Shown piece by piece: positions 26,236 through 39,200 of a DNA stretch of 64,000 nucleotides (positions within the stretch are counted from its first letter, which is position 1; every line of letters begins with the position of its first letter). The notes below the pieces were generated by a model. That model made no database searches. It worked only from the letters and a program-made list of their open reading frames with translations, and was not told the origin of the DNA. This stretch comes from Lingula anatina (taxonomy: Eukaryota; Animalia; Brachiopoda), in the NCBI GenBank assembly GCA_051362555.1, contig CM120640.1:47222788-47286787 (forward strand), in the 5' to 3' direction. The translations under genes were made by a program, and so were the position numbers.

Positions 26236-29200
26236 TTTTTTTTTTTTTTTTCATTACAGTTTTGAACTGGTAGATAATTCATTTAAAATTTATGTAATGT
26301 TCATATTGAAGTGCACTGGAATGCCAGTATCTTTTTGCATTATAAATGAAATATTGCTTGACTGTCTGGATGTTAGTATGTATATGTTAGTTAGTCTCCA
26401 AACTTAAGCTGCAGTACATGAATAGTTTGCATAGCTTGTCTTATCAAGAAACCTCTGTTGACCTGGCTAAATATCTCTGGCTATTCCCAGCACCGTTTTG
26501 ATCAACTCTGTCTTTAGCATAAGGGAAGGAAGTACAATGGTTATGCAATTGCTGAGTTAAGCGGTGGATATAGTGAGTGAGCTAGCAAAATGAGAGATGG
26601 CATGGGCTTCCCAGTTTATATTCTTGGCATATAATAATTGCTGTCAGATCATCTACTTCCTGGAGTTAGTTTAAAAACAGTTTACTTGAAATGATGTTGA
26701 ATGCAGCAATGTGTACGTACAGAGTTATCTAGGTTATGTCTCTAAAGATGCTGCTCTGTATTATACTGGATGAGGTGAGGCTGCTTCCCTGTTAAGTATA
26801 AAGAATGATTAGGATAGAAAATGATATTGAATATTTCAAGGAAATTATTTGAGTCTTGACCTTTCATTATGGACATGTGATGTTTAGTGAAAGTTTTCAA
26901 GATTACAATGTATATATCAGAATATAAAGATTATTCTGTCAAGTTTTTGAAAAATAAATAGTAAATACATCTGCCCATTAGATTTGTCCATATTTCCCCT
27001 TTACCCTAAATTCATTCACATGTATTATGTATTTAGGTGTCTCCAGACTTCAGTCACCTGTCAGGTGTCCCCAAGGCCCTGCTCCCTGGGGTGGGGGGAA
27101 AGAAGATCCTGGATTACTGGTGGGAGGCCATCAAGGCGTAAGTACTAGTAGTATGTTCTGTTATATGGTATACTACAGTGCATAATCAGAGAAAGGCATC
27201 TTTTTACAATTTAGATAAGTATTAAGATTTATCTGTAGAGTGTTCTGTTTTAGTTTTTCATATTCCATACTAGTTATGTGTATAAAGATTCTTTTTTTAA
27301 ATTTTGCTTACCTTTTCTCACACAGTTTGTGCGGAGTTAAATTGCTTTGACTAAATTGGTTTTGCTTTCTCCAGGAGACAACTGTTCAGTGAAGTTTATC
27401 TGGTAACAAATGCAGACAAGTAAGTAGGCTTGCATTAATTTTTTTTTTTTTTTTTGTAATATTTCAGATATATTGTTTATTCAAATGTGCAAAAAGCTAT
27501 TAGATATATTAAAAATTCCTGTAACAACTAACAGCTGTATGATTAATATACTTAGTCTACCTATCTTTAACTTGACAGAACTGTGCTAAATCTATGCTAC
27601 TTTTAGGTACAAGCACTACGAGAGATGGGCCACAGCCTCAGATTTTCCAGTTGAAAATATTATCAATGATGGAACAACAATTTATGCCAATAGGTATATA
27701 ATATTACAAAGATATGGATGAAATATATTCAGATTCGATATTTTAATGCAAATGGACTTCTCTAGCAGCTAGTGGTAGGAATGTTAGTCTTTTTTATGTA
27801 CAGACACAGATGTGTCTGTACATATAGCCATCATCTGCGTCTGTCGTCGCCGTCGTCGCCGTCGCCGTGCACTTTTACCGATAACACGATAAGTGGAAAA
27901 CTGTTTTTTCTTTTGGCTTGAAACTTACAGAACTAATGAATATTCATAATACGCAGGTCAAGTTCGAAAATCAGCATGATCGGGTCACTTATAGGGAATT
28001 TATGCTGTTTTTTCACTTTTTTCAGCATAAATGAAGCACCGATAACACGATAAGTGGAAAACTGTTTTACTTTTTGGCTTGAAACTTACAGAACTGATGA
28101 ATATTCATAATACGCAGGTCAAGTTCGAAAATCAGCGTGATTGGGTCATTTTTAATGAATTTAGGCTATTTTTTCTCTTTTTTCAGCATAAATGCAGCAC
28201 TGATAACATGATAAGTGGAAAACCATTTTACTTTTTGGCTTGAAACTTACAGAACTGATAAATATTCATAATACGCAGGTCAAGTTCGAAAATCGGCATG
28301 ATTGGGTCATTTTTTAGTGAATTTAGGCTATTTTTTCTCTTTTTTCAGCATATATATACAGCACCAATAACACGATAACTGGAAAACCATTTTGGCTTTT
28401 GGCTTGAAACTTAGAGAACTGATAAATATTTATAATACGCAGGTCAAGTTCGAAAATCAGCATGATAGGGTGACTTGTAGGGAAGTTATGCTGTTTTTTT
28501 TTTTACTTTTTTCAGCATATATGCAGCACCGATAACACGATAAGTGGAAAACAGCTTTACTTTTTGGCTTCAAACTTACAAAACTGATGAAGATTCATAA
28601 TCCGCAGATCAAGTTCAAAAATCAGCATGATCAAGCCATTTTTAGGGGAGTTATGCTATTTTTTCACTTTTTTCAACATATATATACAGCACCAATAACA
28701 CGATAACTGGAAAACCATTTTGGCTTTTGGCTTGAAACTTAGAGAACTGATAAATATTTATAATACGCAGGTCAAGTTCGAAAATCGGCATGATAGGGTG
28801 ACTTGTAGGGAAGTTATGCTGTTTTTTTTTTTTTACTTTTTTCAGCATATATGCAGCACCGATAACACGATAAGTGGAAAACAGCTTTACTTTTTGGCTT
28901 CAAACTTACAAAACTGATGAAGATTCATAATCCGCAGATCAAGTTCAAAAATCAGCATGATCAAGCCATTTTTAGGGGAGTTATGCTATTTTTTCACTTT
29001 TTTCAACATATATGCAACACTGATAACACTATATAAGAAAAACAGATAGGCCAATTGTCATTATACTTACAGGAGTGGTCAATCTTACTAAAATGCAGGT
29101 TGAGTTGGAAAATCAGCATAATCTGGCCATTATTTTAGAAGTTATGCTGTTTTTTCACATTTCCTCAGATTCAATTCTTAAGCATGTTAACAGTCTCATT

Positions 29201-30944
29201 ATTTAACTAATAAGATACGTAAAAGTGTTTGTTTGATATTTCCTGCATCTTTACAACATTGTTAGTTGATTATGTAAAAATGATGGTAAACTTGATATCG
29301 TGTATTGTGTAATAAAGTGTCAAAAATGGAAATAAACTCATATCATATCATATTGCAGTTTGTTAGATTCAATCATCAACTATGTTCAGAATCTCAGAAT
29401 GGAGGAAATTGGACATTTAACACTGTTCTATTGATATTTTTCCCATCTCATCAATTTTCTTAGTTGGTCATATAAAAATGGAAGTATACTGTTTATTTTG
29501 TTTTGTTTAAAAAGTGTTAAAACGGAGATAAACCCATTTCAGAACAGTGCTGTCTTTTTATGTACAGACACAGATGTGTCTGTACATATAGCCATCATCT
29601 GCGTCTGTCGTCGCCGTCGTCGTCGCCGTGCACTTTTACCGATAACACGATAAGTGGAAAACCATTTTACCTTTTGACTTGAAACTTGCAGAACTTATGA
29701 ATATTCATAATACGCAGGTCAAGTTCGAAAATCAGCATGATCGGGTCACTTTTAGGGAATTTATGCTGTTTTTTCACTTTTTTCAGCATATATGCAGCAC
29801 CGATAACACGATAAGTGGAAAACCATTTTACCTTTTGACTTGAAACTTACAGAACTGATGAATATTCATAATACGCAGGTCAAGTTCGAAAATCAGCATG
29901 ATCGGGTCACTTTTAGGGAATTTAGGCTGTTTTTTCACTTTTTTCAGCATATATGCAGCACCGATAACACGATAAGTGGAAAACCATTTTACCTTTTGAC
30001 TTGAAACTTACAGAACTGATGAATATTCATAATACGCAGGTCAAGTTCGAAAATCAGCATGATTGGGCCATTTTTAGGGAATTTATGCTGTTTTTTCACT
30101 ATTTTCAATATAAATACAACATTGATAACACAATATAAGAAAAACGGATTGGCCAATTGTAATTATACTCACAGGAGTGGTCAATCTTACTAAAACGCAG
30201 GTTGAGTTCGAAAATCAGCATAATCGGGCCATTATTTTAGAAGTTATACCGTTTTTCACATTTCCTCAGATTCAATTATTAGGCATGTTAACAGTCTCAT
30301 TATTTAACTAATAAGATGCCTAAAAGTGTTTGTTTGATATTTCCTGCATCTTTACAACATTGTTAGTTGATTATGTAAAAAACATGGTAAACTTGTTATC
30401 ATGTATTGTGTAATAAAGTGTCAAAAATGGAAATAAACTCATATCATTGCAGTTTGTCAGATTCAATCATCCACTATGTTCAGAATCTCAGAATGGAGGA
30501 AATTGGACATTTAACACTGTTCTATTGATACTTTTCCCATCTCATCAATTTTCTTAGTTGGTCATATAAAATGGCAGTAAAATGTTTATTTTGTTTTATG
30601 TTAAAAAAGTGTTTAAAATGGAAATAAACCCATTTCAGAACAGTGCTGTCTTGTTTACATTTTGGCATTTTCAAGGCATGACTTTGAAGTTCCATGGGCC
30701 TGAAAACCTTTGCTTGTCACATTTTCTGAATATCTGTGAAACAAATATTTTATAATTAAAAATTGATGGTCATTAAGCTGTTAAACATTATGTTATATTG
30801 CATCAAAATTTGAAGAAACCCCTATTTTGGGCACTGCTTCCATGATGACCATTTAAGGAAAATCATGTCACTTACTGTTCTCAAACTTACAGGAAAGAAA
30901 CATGGGACTAAAATACAGCTTCAGTAGGCAATGCAGTCTGTTTG

Positions 30945-30980
<36 letters not shown>

Positions 30981-33178
30981 AGTTTTTTGTGAAAATTTAA
31001 TTTTTCACATATTGGCATTTTCAAGGTGTGACGTTTAAGTTCCATGATCTTGAAGACTTTTGCTTGTCACATTTTCTGAATGTCCATGTTACTAATATTT
31101 TATTAATAACATTTGATTGTCATTATGCTGTTAAACATTATGTAATGTTGCATCAAAATTTGAAGAAACCCCTATTTTGGGCACTGCTCCTATGATGACC
31201 ATTTAAGGGAAATCATGTCACTTACTGTTCTCAAACTTACAGGAAAGAAACATGGGTCTAACATACAGCTTCAATAGGCAATGCAGTCTGTTTGGTAAAT
31301 TTTTCTGGCAATTTAACAGTTTTTTGTGAAAATTTAATTTTTCACTTATTTGCATCTTTATTTTCTGTTCTTTGTCTGTACATTTGACAGCTTTGCTGCC
31401 TTGTTTACAGTTTGGCATTTTTAAGATGTGACTTTGAAGTTCCATGAGCCTGCAGATCTTTGCTAGTCACATTTTCTGAATATCCATGATACTAATATTT
31501 TATGATTAAAAATTGATGGTCATTATGCTGTAAAACATTATGTAATATTGCATCAAAATTTGAAGAAACCCCTATTTTGGGCACTGCTCCCATGATGACC
31601 ATTTAAGGAAAGTCATGTCACTTACTGTTCTCAAACTTACAGGAAAGAAACATGGGACTAAAATACAGCTTCAGTAGGCAATGCAGTCTGTTTGGTAAAT
31701 TTTTCTGGTAGTTAAGTAGTTTTTTTGTGAAAATTTAATTTTTCACATATTGGCATTTTCAATGTATGACTTTGAAGTTCCATGATCCTGAAGACCTTTG
31801 CTTGTCACATTTTCTGAATATGCGTTATACTAATATTTTATAATTAAAAATTGATGGTCATTATGCTGTTAAACATTATGTAATGTTGCATCAAAATTTG
31901 AAGAAACCCCTGTTTTGGGCACTGCTCCCATGATGACCATTTAAGAAAAATCGTGTCAATTACTGTTCTCAAACTTACAGGAAAGAAACATGGGTCTAAA
32001 ATACAGCTTCAGTAGGCAATGCAGTCTGTTTGGTAAATTTTTCTGGCAATTAAACAGTTTTTTGTGAAAATGTAATTTTTCACATATTGGCATTTCCAAG
32101 GTGTGACTTAGAACCTCCACGGGCTTGAAGACCCATGCTAGTCACATTTTCTGAAAATTCATGACACTTATATTTTATTATTAAAAATCGATGGTCATTA
32201 TGCCGTTAAGCATTATGTAATGTTGCATCAAAATAGAAGAAAACACAATTTTGGGTGCTGCTGCCTTGATGACCGTTATGGGAAAACTGTGTTACTTATG
32301 ACTGTCAAACTTTCAAAAAAGAAACACAGGACTTAAATGCAGCCTGAGTTGGAAAAGCAGTCTAATTGGTTTCTTTTTCTGGAAGCTATACATTTTAGTG
32401 TAATATTCATTATCTTTTTGGCATATTCATTGTGGGACTCAGAGCTCCCATGAACATGAAGCCGAATGGTAATCATATTTTCTACATGTCCATCCTATTT
32501 ATAGTCAATAAACAAAAATTGGTGATAATTATTCTCTAATTTATTATGTAATGTTACATCAAAATTGACAACAATCTTTTTGCACTGCTACTGCAAACAT
32601 TATGAAAAGAAAACTGTGCTACTTATTATCATTTTTAACTTACAAGTACGATTTTTAGGATTGGCCTTCAGCTCATATGAGAAAACCAGCTCTATTGGAT
32701 TATCATTTTTATTGAATTTATGCATTTTTTTGTGAAATTTTCATTTTTCTCATTCTGGCACTTTCTAAGTATAAACTTGAACTCCGATGGGCCTGAAGCC
32801 TTATGCTTTTAATTTCGTCTGTGTTACCTGTTGTGCATAAGTTGATGTTGACTGTGCAGTTAAACATAATGTATTATTGCATCAGGATTGGTAGTCTCCT
32901 ATTTTGGGCATTATGGTTTTGTGCTTTTCTTAAAGTGTGACTTATGGGCCTAAAGACCTTTGAGTGGGTCAGTCTGTAAATTACCCTTGGGTATCACTAA
33001 ATTAATTTCAGAGTTATAAAGTCATTTGCCTTAATAGGCCATTAAATGAGATTACATAAAGCACACTTGTTGATATTTCCCTGTAAACTCCCAAAGGTAA
33101 AGCTCTCTGCTAGATTAATAATAAGGAAGCAGTGATAATTATGAAGGTACATTTTGTTTAATATTGCAAATAAGTTTT

Positions 33179-33275
<97 letters not shown>

Positions 33276-36200
33276 AACTGGAAGATTAAAAGTTTGAATA
33301 GCATCTTCATTGGAATTATATTTACCTCAAGCTCTGCCAAGGAGGTCATATTTTCACCCCCGTTTGTCTGTCATCCACATAACACAAAAAGTTATGGACT
33401 GATTTTGCAGAAATTTTCAGGAACTGTCGGAAGTGGGCCAAAGAGGACAATGATTAATTTTTGGTGGTGGTCTGGAACAATAATCAATCAATTATCAATA
33501 ATAATCAACAATTGCTGCCTTGGCAGAGGTCTGCACTCTCAAAGTGCTTTTCTAGGTTTGTTATGTTTTCCTTTATAATTTTTTCTCAAACACTTGCATT
33601 TGTGACTTTTAACTCTCATCTGCCTGGGGCTCTGCACATTTTCTGTATTTCCACATAAGCAGTTGTATTGTTTTTTATGTCTTTAAACATTATGTAATAT
33701 TATTTTATGCACTGTCATCATTTTTCAAATATTGAGAGTTTCATAATGTGAATTTGAACTCTCATGGTCCTGAAACTGTAATTTTATTGAAGGGGTGGAC
33801 CATCTTCTGGGTCTTCCTGAAGACAGTCAGGTTATTAAGTTTATATTGACTGGTATCTATTTTTTTCTGTTGGAAGACCATCAAAATGGAGGATGGATCA
33901 ACATAGATACTTTGTAATACTGTCAGAAAATATCTCTGGGTCCGTTCCTGTTATTGACCATGTTACCTGTTGTGCAAGATTAAAATTAAGTGTTGACTGA
34001 CAGTGCTATTATAAGCATTATTTATTATTGCATCAAAATTGACAAAATGACCTTTTTTGCATCTTTATTTTCTGTTTTTTGTCTGTACATTTGACAGCTT
34101 TGCTGCCTTGTTATTTTGTTCCACTCTTCTTGTATATTGTTGTCTGATTGTTAATGCTTGGTATTATTCCAGTATTATAGAACCGTATTTCCTCTTTTTT
34201 GTCAATGTTGTTGTTGCATTATATTCCACTCTTATTGCATGATGTTGCCCCACTGGTTTTTCATGATATGGTTCCAATATAATTATTCAAAGATGTTTAA
34301 ATATTATTATTGCAGACTTGGTGCTGTGGCCAACTTTGATTTAGTAGTAAGAAACAAGAAAATACAAGATGACATCATGGTGGTAAGTTTTTCAATTGCT
34401 AGTTCTTCCATGATAAATATTCATAGTATTGTTATTTAGTTTTAATAATGTGAATGATTTAAAGGGACAAACAAACAAAAAATTAGGTGTCTAGGAAGAA
34501 TTTTCACATAAATTTTTTATTGTTGGAGACTTATTTTTATCTTCACTAGGTTGCAGGGGATATGCTTTTTCAAGATAGCAAATTTGATGTGGCTCAAGTA
34601 CTTAACTATTTCAAACTGAAGAGGGATGGAGAGCTGGCTATTTATTATGAGATGGAAAGCAGAGAAGAGGCTGCTTCTGGAACTGATGGGTACTACTGTA
34701 TATCTTCCAGAGAAAGGGTTACACTAATTTGTTATGGGTTAAATATTGTCAGTATTATTGACCACTTTTTTGTATTAAAAGAGGTATAACCTCCCTGTAT
34801 CTCAGATTTTTATTTCTTTGTTTATTGAGTAATTGTTAAATTGTTATACTTTGAATGCATACAAAGTAAGAGAAAATTAGTCAATGTACTTGCTTAAATG
34901 ATAAGAGTTAAATTATATCTTTTAGATCCACAGTAACAAATAGTGAAGTTGACCAAGTGCCAAAAAGACTGAATAGAGGTATTGTAGAAGTGTCTCCAAC
35001 TGATAGCAGGTGAGCGTATTATAATAGGTGCATTCTGTTTTGGATTTAGAACATAATACAATGTAAGAAAGTACTAAGCAGCCAGTGGCTGCTCCAGTGC
35101 AAATGCCAAATGCCAGTAGAAATTATATCTGACCAGTAAATTTGTTCAGCAGGTACTGGACTCTTAATCTCCATTGGGCCAGTAGATAATTGGACCCTTT
35201 GGTCCATGGGGCCAGTATGTTAAAATGTTTTAGGTACAGACTGTGTATTATAAAGATGTATTTTTGTGTTGGGGTGAAATTATGAACATTTAAGAATTGT
35301 TAATTTAATGGGTGTTAAGTTTTAAAGTGGTGATGAATATAACATGAACTCGTTATTCTGTGCTGTATCTTATATTTTTAGATGTATGTAAGGGTAGATA
35401 TATCATTGTTAGCACAAACCATGACTAAAAAAGTGTTTACATTTTCAGATGGATTGAACAGTTTGTGGTGCTGATTTTTTTTATGAGCTCAATTCAAAAT
35501 TTTTAATTCTTTAGTATTACACGTTTCCTTGAGAAGCCACTGCCCCATGAAACAGAGTCCAGGTGTGCCAGTGTGGTCTTCTACTGTCTCAGGAAGGAAA
35601 CCTTACCCCTGGTGCAGGAATATTTGGTTTTATATCCAGAAGTAGAGCAAAGAAATTTTGGTCATTTCATGGTAAAGTCTGAGTGTTTTTGGCTTTATGG
35701 TGTAGTTTTTTATGGCATTCTTGAATTTCTTAGTCTAAGATAATATTCTTTTATTATTTTATGAAACCATTGCAATGACTGCTTCATGGCATATTTAAAA
35801 AAAGAAAAATGATTTTGAAAATGATTATAAATAAAATCTTATCCTGAAGAAATTAAATTATTTGTGTGTGAGGTTATAGAGAACATAATTTGGCACAACT
35901 TGTAAATTCTGCCATTTCATTTCTGATTCTGTGACATTTTTTCAGCAATGGATAATAGACAGCAAGAAGACAAAAGTATATGGCCTGAAATTGCCCACTG
36001 GTTTTCAGCTGATTGGTCAAGTGGTAAGTGTTAACTAGGTTTCCATTTTGTTTCTTTATTTCAAACTATGATAATTGTATGTGAGATAATTTATTAGCCT
36101 GTGTACTGGAAAAAACATTCAACCTTAATAGGCCAGAAAACATTGAGCTGATAATGGTGCAGAGAGTTATTTTTTATCTGTCTAGGGATTAAAAGATTAC

Positions 36201-39200
36201 AAGGATTGGCTTGGTGTATTTGCAAACAGGCAGTCGGCTGAAAAGAAAAAGAAGGAAGCAACCAAACGGGCATATGCCAGGTATAACTAAGTGTGCTCTC
36301 AGGTCAGCTGTGTGGTTATACCTTAATTCAGATATTAAAATAACGTCCAAATATTTATCATATTTGTTAATTGAATAATTGTTTTGAGTTCTTTCTCTTA
36401 AGTGAAAAGACATTGCACAGTTTTTTTTTTCTCAGTGGCTTAATCTATTTTCCTTTTATCTTTTATTTTTTAATCAAAGCCATTTCTTTCTCAGGGTAGG
36501 TTTGTTTGGAAACCCATCAGATGGCTATTATGGAAAGACAATTTCAATGTCTATTAAGAACTTCTGGGCAGAGGTGACCATCACGGAAAGTGACCATCTT
36601 GTGCTATTACCTCACCCCTTGAATGACCCTACAGAGTTTGGTAGTTTGGCAGATCTTTATGGGATAAGTAGAAAAGAAGGGTATGTGTTAAATTAAATGA
36701 TCATGAGGGACTTAAAATGTTTGTCAACAGCATATTTTGGCCAACATGAATAGAAAATTTGTGATAATTTTAATGAAGTTGTTCCAAGATTTCATTTTAT
36801 GTGCAATGCACATGGCTAGTAAAAGAAAATTTGTAACAGAAAATTATCAGTGTCGTAACAATACTGGAGGCTACATATCAAACCATTATCACAATTTATC
36901 TAAGGAATGCTAGATCAAATAACATTATAGAAATAAAAATATCAGCAACCACAAACATATCATGATGTTGTAATATGTAAGATTGTGAGATAACATATTT
37001 TGATATTTTGTAATCCGAGACAAACATCTCTTTTAACTTCAGGTACTTAGGTGGTCTCAGACTGCTGCAGGCAACATGTAAGAAGTTTTACCAGTATTGC
37101 TCAGTAAGAGGGTGAGATTTCTCTCTGTAGTTTTGTGAGGCCTTTTTCACATTGAGATGAACATTTTTTGTTTTGTACAAATCCATTTTGAAAGCTTGAC
37201 AACTTAATACCCTGGTTATTACTGTCAGTAACAGAAGAGAGTCACCTCAACATAGTCCTTGTGCTGAGGTTGCTACATTGGGGCTTGTGAAAGGGGGTCT
37301 CTCTCCTTCCCCCCCCTTCCCCCCTTCCCGGGAATGACATGTCAGGCCCAGTCAAACAGGAACAATACAGAAAAAATTCTTTCAAATGAATTAGAACCTT
37401 TGGAAAATCAAATAATAAGTAATCCTGCCAGCCCCTTAGGGTATGTATTGGCATGCTGAAATGGTTATTACATTGAATGCATTTGCAATATTGTGTAATT
37501 TTTTTTCAGGATTGCACTGGCAAAGAGAAACTTCACTCTGAAGTATGACACAAACATTCCACGGCAAGTGGTAAGAAGTAATATTATATATCAACAATCA
37601 AATTCTTTAAAAACATCTTGTAACTAGCAACCTAAACTGATCCAGGTAAAACCCTCCATTTTTCAATCTTCAGTCAGTTGAATGCAGCATTTCAAAATGT
37701 AAACCTTTGCTTGTAAGCAATACGTTAGCTGATCCCAGTGTCCATGGCATCTGACCTGTTGTTTTATTATGTAATATATTTATATTCATACTGTAATTTT
37801 CTCTTCTTACTATTTTAGTATTTAATCTTCATTGCAGGGGCTTGCTGGTAGTAGTGCAATAGTCACAGCCACTCTGGACTGCCTGATGTTCTTCTTTGAC
37901 CTTACAGATGCTGTAAGTCTTTTCAAGTTGAAGTGTCTTTTCTTGTCAGAAATTTTGATGTGCTCCTTTACAATGAATGTGAAATTATTTAATTGCATGA
38001 TTCTTAAAACTGGTTTCCAATATTTGTTTGAAAGCAACATCACATTTATTTATTTTTATTTTATTTTATTTTATCTTATTTTATTTTATTCAGTTATTTA
38101 TTTACTTATTTTTTTAAGAAAGAAGTTGCACAGCTATGTTTTGTTTTACATTTTGTAAGTTAGATCGGATAGTGTTTAGTGTACCTTTGTAGGACATGCC
38201 AAAGCCTCTGCGGCCACAGTTCATTCTAGATGTAGAAGTTCAAGAACTGTATATTACAGCAGGATTACAGGACAGAGTTATCCAGGTAGAATATCTTGCC
38301 TTTGTTACCATACCCATGTTGTGATAAATGTATGGTATAGATATAATCTATATAGCATTAGTACTCATACATTAAGTATGTGATGTTTGTCTGTCTGGTT
38401 TGGAAAAAAAACAAAAAGCACACCTGAGTTTTCTTTAAAATTTCAGATTTATGTTTGAATTTGTTACTGCAATATTTTGAAAGCTACCATAACTGTCATA
38501 CTCAAGACAAACTGTCCCTGACCATTTCCCAATTCAGAACCAATATTTGATATTTGTAGACCTATGAAGGGTTGGTTTACATGGACTTCAGTCAAGAACT
38601 GATGCAGTCCCAAGGACATGGTGAGTGAAAAAATGATCAAATGCTAAGAATTGAAACATTTATTTTGTGATATAGAATATCAGCAGATGGTTCACTAAAT
38701 CACACCATCTCTGGTTGATTTAGAGCGGATTCTCAACGAATTGAGCCAGGCTTTACAAAGCCGGTGACCTAAAAATGGCGGACGTACATGAAAGAAAACC
38801 GCCTAATCTTTTAATAGTCTCTCCGCCTCCCCACACGTCATCCCTGCGGGATACAGTAATTAAATCTCGGCTCCGTTCGCCATGCGGAAGCTACCTGAGA
38901 AATATTAAGTGCGCATGCTCATCAGTTAAACTCGTGGTGAGGAAAGCATGGCGGCTGAAGGCATTCGAAGGAAAAAAGCTCTTCTGTTTTATTATCTGTC
39001 AAAACGGAGACGAAAAAAGAATGAATTGGCCCGTAGAGCAGCAACGAATCGACTATCTATGGAGATAATATCACCAGAGATATTCACAGAACTACCCAGC
39101 CCCAGTAGATGTAGTTGGAGGTTGGAGCCGAGATTTAATTACTGTACCCCGCAGGGACGACGTGTGGGGAGGCGGAGAGACTATTAAAAGATTAGGCGGT

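Larger units (their letters stand above)
27790..34112 (+). mobile_element. Non-autonomous Helentron/HINE (DINE-1/Pearl-like) element A, in intron 4 of gkup
   Basis: 5' T-run, hairpin TGTACAGACACA-GA-TGTGTCTGTACA (27797-27822), (GTC/GCC)n microsatellite, internal tandem arrays, then 3' subterminal repeat GTCTGTACA (34081) followed by stem-loop GACAGC-TTT-GCTGCC and TT; no TSD seen. Confidence 0.8.

Noticed and set aside
27878-30260. CRISPR-like array
   Set aside because: Monomers are similar over their whole length with no unique spacers, there are no cas genes, and the context is a eukaryotic intron.
38775-39187. ORFs inside the 554-bp MITE as a transposase
   Set aside because: Short, with no DDE or Myb-like motifs; the element is non-autonomous.
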